Source: an uncultured Actinomycetota bacterium (GTDB lineage Bacteria > Actinomycetota > Actinomycetes > Propionibacteriales > Nocardioidaceae). Taken from it: 64,000 nt of DNA. The translations under genes were made by a program, and so were the position numbers. The notes under the pieces were generated by a model that was given only the letters and a program-made list of their open reading frames with translations, searched no databases and was not told the origin of the DNA. The stretch is taken from contig CAWEHA010000003.1 of assembly GCA_963808855.1 (NCBI GenBank), positions 55,315 to 119,314 on the forward strand, written 5' to 3'. This document shows, piece by piece, positions 60,951-64,000 of the stretch; position 1 is the stretch's first letter, and each line of letters starts with the position of its first letter.

Positions 60951-63133
60951 TCAGTACCTCGCGATCTCGTCGAGCGCGGCGGTGACCTCGTCGCGCTGGG
61001 CGATCGCCGCGCGCTCGAGCACCTTGCTGATGCTCGGCGAGGCCTCGCCGCCGGTGACCCGCCACACGGGGGCGTCGAGCAGGTCGAAGAACCGGCGGTG
61101 CAGCTCGTCGGCCAGCCACCCTCCGTAGGAGGTGCCGATCGCGCCCTGCTCGGCGACGAGCACGTGGTTGGTGCGGGTGAGCGACTCCTCGATGGTGTCC
61201 CAGTCGATGCTCGCGCGGTCGAGCCAGCGCAGGTCGATCACCTCGGCGTCCACCTGGTCGTGGGCCTCGGCGGCCTCGAGGGCGTACGGCGTCATGCCGA
61301 GGTAGGTGAGCACGGTGACGTCGGAGCCGGGGCGTCGCACCGCGGCCTTGCCCACGGGGAGGCAGTAGTCCCAGTCGTCCACCGGGCCGGGTCCGGTGCT
61401 GGTGTAGAGGTCGACGTGCTCGAGCACGACCACGGGGTCGTCGAGCCGCAGGGCGGTGTTCATCAGGCCGACGTAGTCGTACGGCGTGGTGGGGGCGACG
61501 ATGCGCCAGCCCGGGTTGGTGGCGAAGACGCCGGCGGGATCCATCGAGTGCTGCGAGCCGTAGCCGGTGCCCATCGCCACCTTGCTGCGCAGCACGAGCG
61601 GCACCGCGCCGCCGCCGCCGTACATGTGGCGGGCCTTGCCGATCTGGTTGAAGAGCTGGTCGGCCGCCACCCACATGAAGTCGGCGTACATGAACTCGAC
61701 GACGGGCCGGTGCCGCCCGTCGATCGCGATGCCGCCGGCCAGGCCGGCGAACGCGTTCTCACTGATCGGCGTGCCGAGGACGCGGCCGGGGAAGCGCGTC
61801 CGGCGAGGCCGCGGGTGGCGCCGTTCGTCCCACCGTTGAGCCGATGCACGTCCTCGCCCATCACCACGACGCCCGGGTCGGTCTCCATCCGGCGACCCAG
61901 CACGGTGGCGATCGCGTCGACCAGCTTGGTGTCCTGCACCTCCACCGCGTGGCCCTCCGGAGCGACGAGCGGGGCGTCGTCGAGCTCGGACAGGTCGCCG
62001 CGCACGCCGACGTCGACCCACGCGGGGTCGGGCCACTCGGTCGGCCGGATCCGGCGCTGGCCGGGCTTGCCGTCGGGGTCGGGCTCGAGGAGCACGTCGC
62101 CGATCTCGGCCATGACGGCGCGCGCCCGGCTGACGGCGTCCGCGGTCTCCTCGGCCGTCATCAGCCCGCGCCGCTCCAGGTGGGCGGCGGTGGTGGTGAG
62201 CGGGTCGCGCTCGCGCCACGCGCGCTCCTCGGCCTTGTCGCGGTAGCCGAACGCACTGCCCGCGAAGCCGCCGTTCTGGTGGAAGAACCGGTAGGTGTCG
62301 ACCTCCACAACGGTGGGCCCGCGACCGCGCCGCATGTGCTCCACCGCCTCGGTCATGGCCAGGTGCACCGCGAGCGGGTCCATCCCGTCGACCCGCCAGC
62401 TCGCGATGCCGAACCCGCCGCCGCGGGCCGACAGCCGCGCCTCGGCGGTGGCCTCGTGCACCGACGTCGAGACGGCGTACTGGTTGTTCTCGACGAAGAA
62501 ACAGACCGGCAGCGACCACGCCGCCGCGAGGTTCATGGTCTCCAGGGTGGAGCCGATGTTGATGGCGCCGTCGCCGAAGTAGGTGACCGACACGGCGTCG
62601 GTGCCGGCCTGCCGGTGCGCCCAGGCGAGGCCGGCGGCCGGGGGCACGCCGCCGCCGACGATGGCGTTGGTGCCCATCGCGCCGGCGTCCTTCCACTGCA
62701 GGTGCATCGAGCCACCGCGGCCGTGGCTCCACCCGCGGTCGAGGCCGCAGATCTCGGCGAGCGTGCGCAGCAGCACCTCGCGCACGTCGTCGGAGGGCGC
62801 GGCCAGCGGGTCCATCCCCTTGGGCTCCACGTGGTGCAGCGCCTTGGCGAGGAACTGGTGGTGCCCGCGGTGCGAGCCACCCACGGAGTCGTGACTGGTG
62901 AGGGCGAGCACGGAGCCGACGGCGCCGCCCTCCTGCCCGATGCTCGAGTGGGCGGGGCCGTGCACGAGACCGGCTCCGGCGAGCTCGAGCACGTACTGCT
63001 CGAACACCCGGATCCACACGAGCTGGGCGTAGGTGGTGCGCAGCAGGTCGGGGTCGGCGGCGTCCCAGTCGGCGTCGGTGACGACGAGCTCGACCCAGGG
63101 TGCGGCCGGCGCGAGGGGATTGTGCTCGGGCAT
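60951..63133 (-). CDS. 2-oxoacid dehydrogenase E1 alpha-beta fusion (apparent frameshift near 61800)
   Basis: HSSIGQE, SHRGH, FGDGA...ENNQYA; beta part GEDV, TPISENAF, VVEFMYADF, GSQHS. Confidence 0.9.
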
Positions 63134-63151
63134 GGGGCACTTTCCCACACG

Positions 63152-63214
63152 ATTGGATCCTAAATCCAGGGTTCGAGCCCTCAGAAGGGTCGCTGCACGG
63201 CAGATCGGATCCGA
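63152..63214. promoter_or_regulatory. Operator pair ATTGGATCC / AGATCGGATCC in the E1-SBP divergent region
   Basis: Same two motifs, in the same order, as at 27571 and 27632. Confidence 0.65.
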
Positions 63215-63228
63215 AATGCAGTACGGTC

Positions 63229-64000
63229 GTGGCTGTGGTCACCACCGATCTCGTCGTCGGGTCGTTCACGCCGTCCGTGGTGCTCGACGTCGCCCGCTCC
63301 ACCGGCCGGCTCGAGGCGGCCGGGCTCGCGGTCACCGAGGAGCCCGTCACCTCCTCCCCCGCCCAGTTCGGCGACCTCCTCGAGGGCCGGCTCGACGTCG
63401 GCCTCACCAGTCCCGACAACGTGCTGGCCTACCGCTTCGACCCCGCCAACCCGCTCGGCCGCACCGCCGACGTGCGCATCGTCGCCGCGATCGACCGGGG
63501 CCTCGGGCTCGGCCTGTACGGCCGCCCCGGCGCCACCCCCGCCGACCTGCGCGGGGCACGGGTCGGCGTCGACGTGCCGACCTCCGGGTTCGCGCTCGCG
63601 CTCTACGCCCTCGCCGACGCGCTCGGGGTCGGGCGCGACGAGTACGAGCTCGTCAAGCTCGGCTCCACCCCGCGCCGGCTCGAGGCGCTGCTCGCCGGCG
63701 AGTGCACCGCCACCATGCTCAACGCCGGCAACGAGCTCGTCGCCGAGGGCCGGGGCTGCGTGCGGCTCGCCGGTGTGGCTGAGCACCTCTCGCCCTATCT
63801 CGGCACCGTCGTGGTGGTCGACGGCGAGCGCCATCTCGACGACGCCGAGCGGCTGTCCGGCGTGATGGTCGACGTCGCGGCGGCGCTGCACGCCGGCCTC
63901 CTCGACGACGTCGCCGCCCGGTCGGCGTCCCAGCGGCTCGGGCTCGACGCCGCACTGGCCGAGCGCTACGTCGCCCGGCTACGCGACCCGCTCGACGGTC
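63229..64000 (+). CDS. NMT1/THI5/TauA-like ABC substrate-binding protein (partial)
   Basis: Open frame from GTG 63229 to window end: VTSSPAQF..LLEGRLDVGLTSPDN..GVDVPTSGFA..GSTPRRLEALLAGEC. Confidence 0.75.
   Translation, partial: MAVVTTDLVVGSFTPSVVLDVARSTGRLEAAGLAVTEEPVTSSPAQFGDLLEGRLDVGLTSPDNVLAYRFDPANPLGRTADVRIVAAIDRGLGLGLYGRPGATPADLRGARVGVDVPTSGFALALYALADALGVGRDEYELVKLGSTPRRLEALLAGECTATMLNAGNELVAEGRGCVRLAGVAEHLSPYLGTVVVVDGERHLDDAERLSGVMVDVAAALHAGLLDDVAARSASQRLGLDAALAERYVARLRDPLDG

Overview
Very GC-rich actinobacterial DNA (Nocardioides-like, inferred from gene content and REP-type repeats). No rRNA, tRNA or CRISPR array seen. Layout: (1) 1-12.5 kb: housekeeping/accessory genes, including an orphan DUF4157 (eCIS-core) protein. 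(2) 12.6-18.3 kb: a visibly lower-GC patch with an alkyltransferase-like gene, small orphan ORFs, a DUF222-HNH gene and a complete IS110 whose non-coding end carries guide segments matching its own target and donor sites (bridge-RNA architecture). (3) 18.3-27.6 kb: LacI-sugar ABC-two ADP-ribosylglycohydrolases-ribokinase-FGE-like operon. (4) 27.6-32.5 kb: VOC-GntR-molybdenum hydroxylase-LVIVD. (5) 32.6-46.1 kb: a LacI regulon with operators at four promoters (AprAB-like flavoprotein/ferredoxin pair, amidohydrolase, MFS, 2-hydroxyacid dehydrogenase, creatininase, Gfo/Idh/MocA, cupin, TauABC-type ABC; the FAH gene lies within it). (6) 46.3-55.8 kb: suyAB sulfolactate sulfo-lyase beside a Tat-less Mo-bisPGD oxidoreductase with an FeS-NrfD fusion, Mrp, FadR and SulP; both promoters carry FadR-type boxes. 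This is the best candidate for an undescribed system (organosulfonate desulfonation coupled to cytoplasmic sulfite oxidation and sulfate export). (7) 55.9-64 kb: 2-oxoacid dehydrogenase E1/E2, beta-hydroxyacid dehydrogenase, M24 enzyme and GabD, sharing GGATCC boxes with region 4. About eight single-base frameshifts suggest assembly indel errors. All family calls come from motif recognition by eye; no searches were run.
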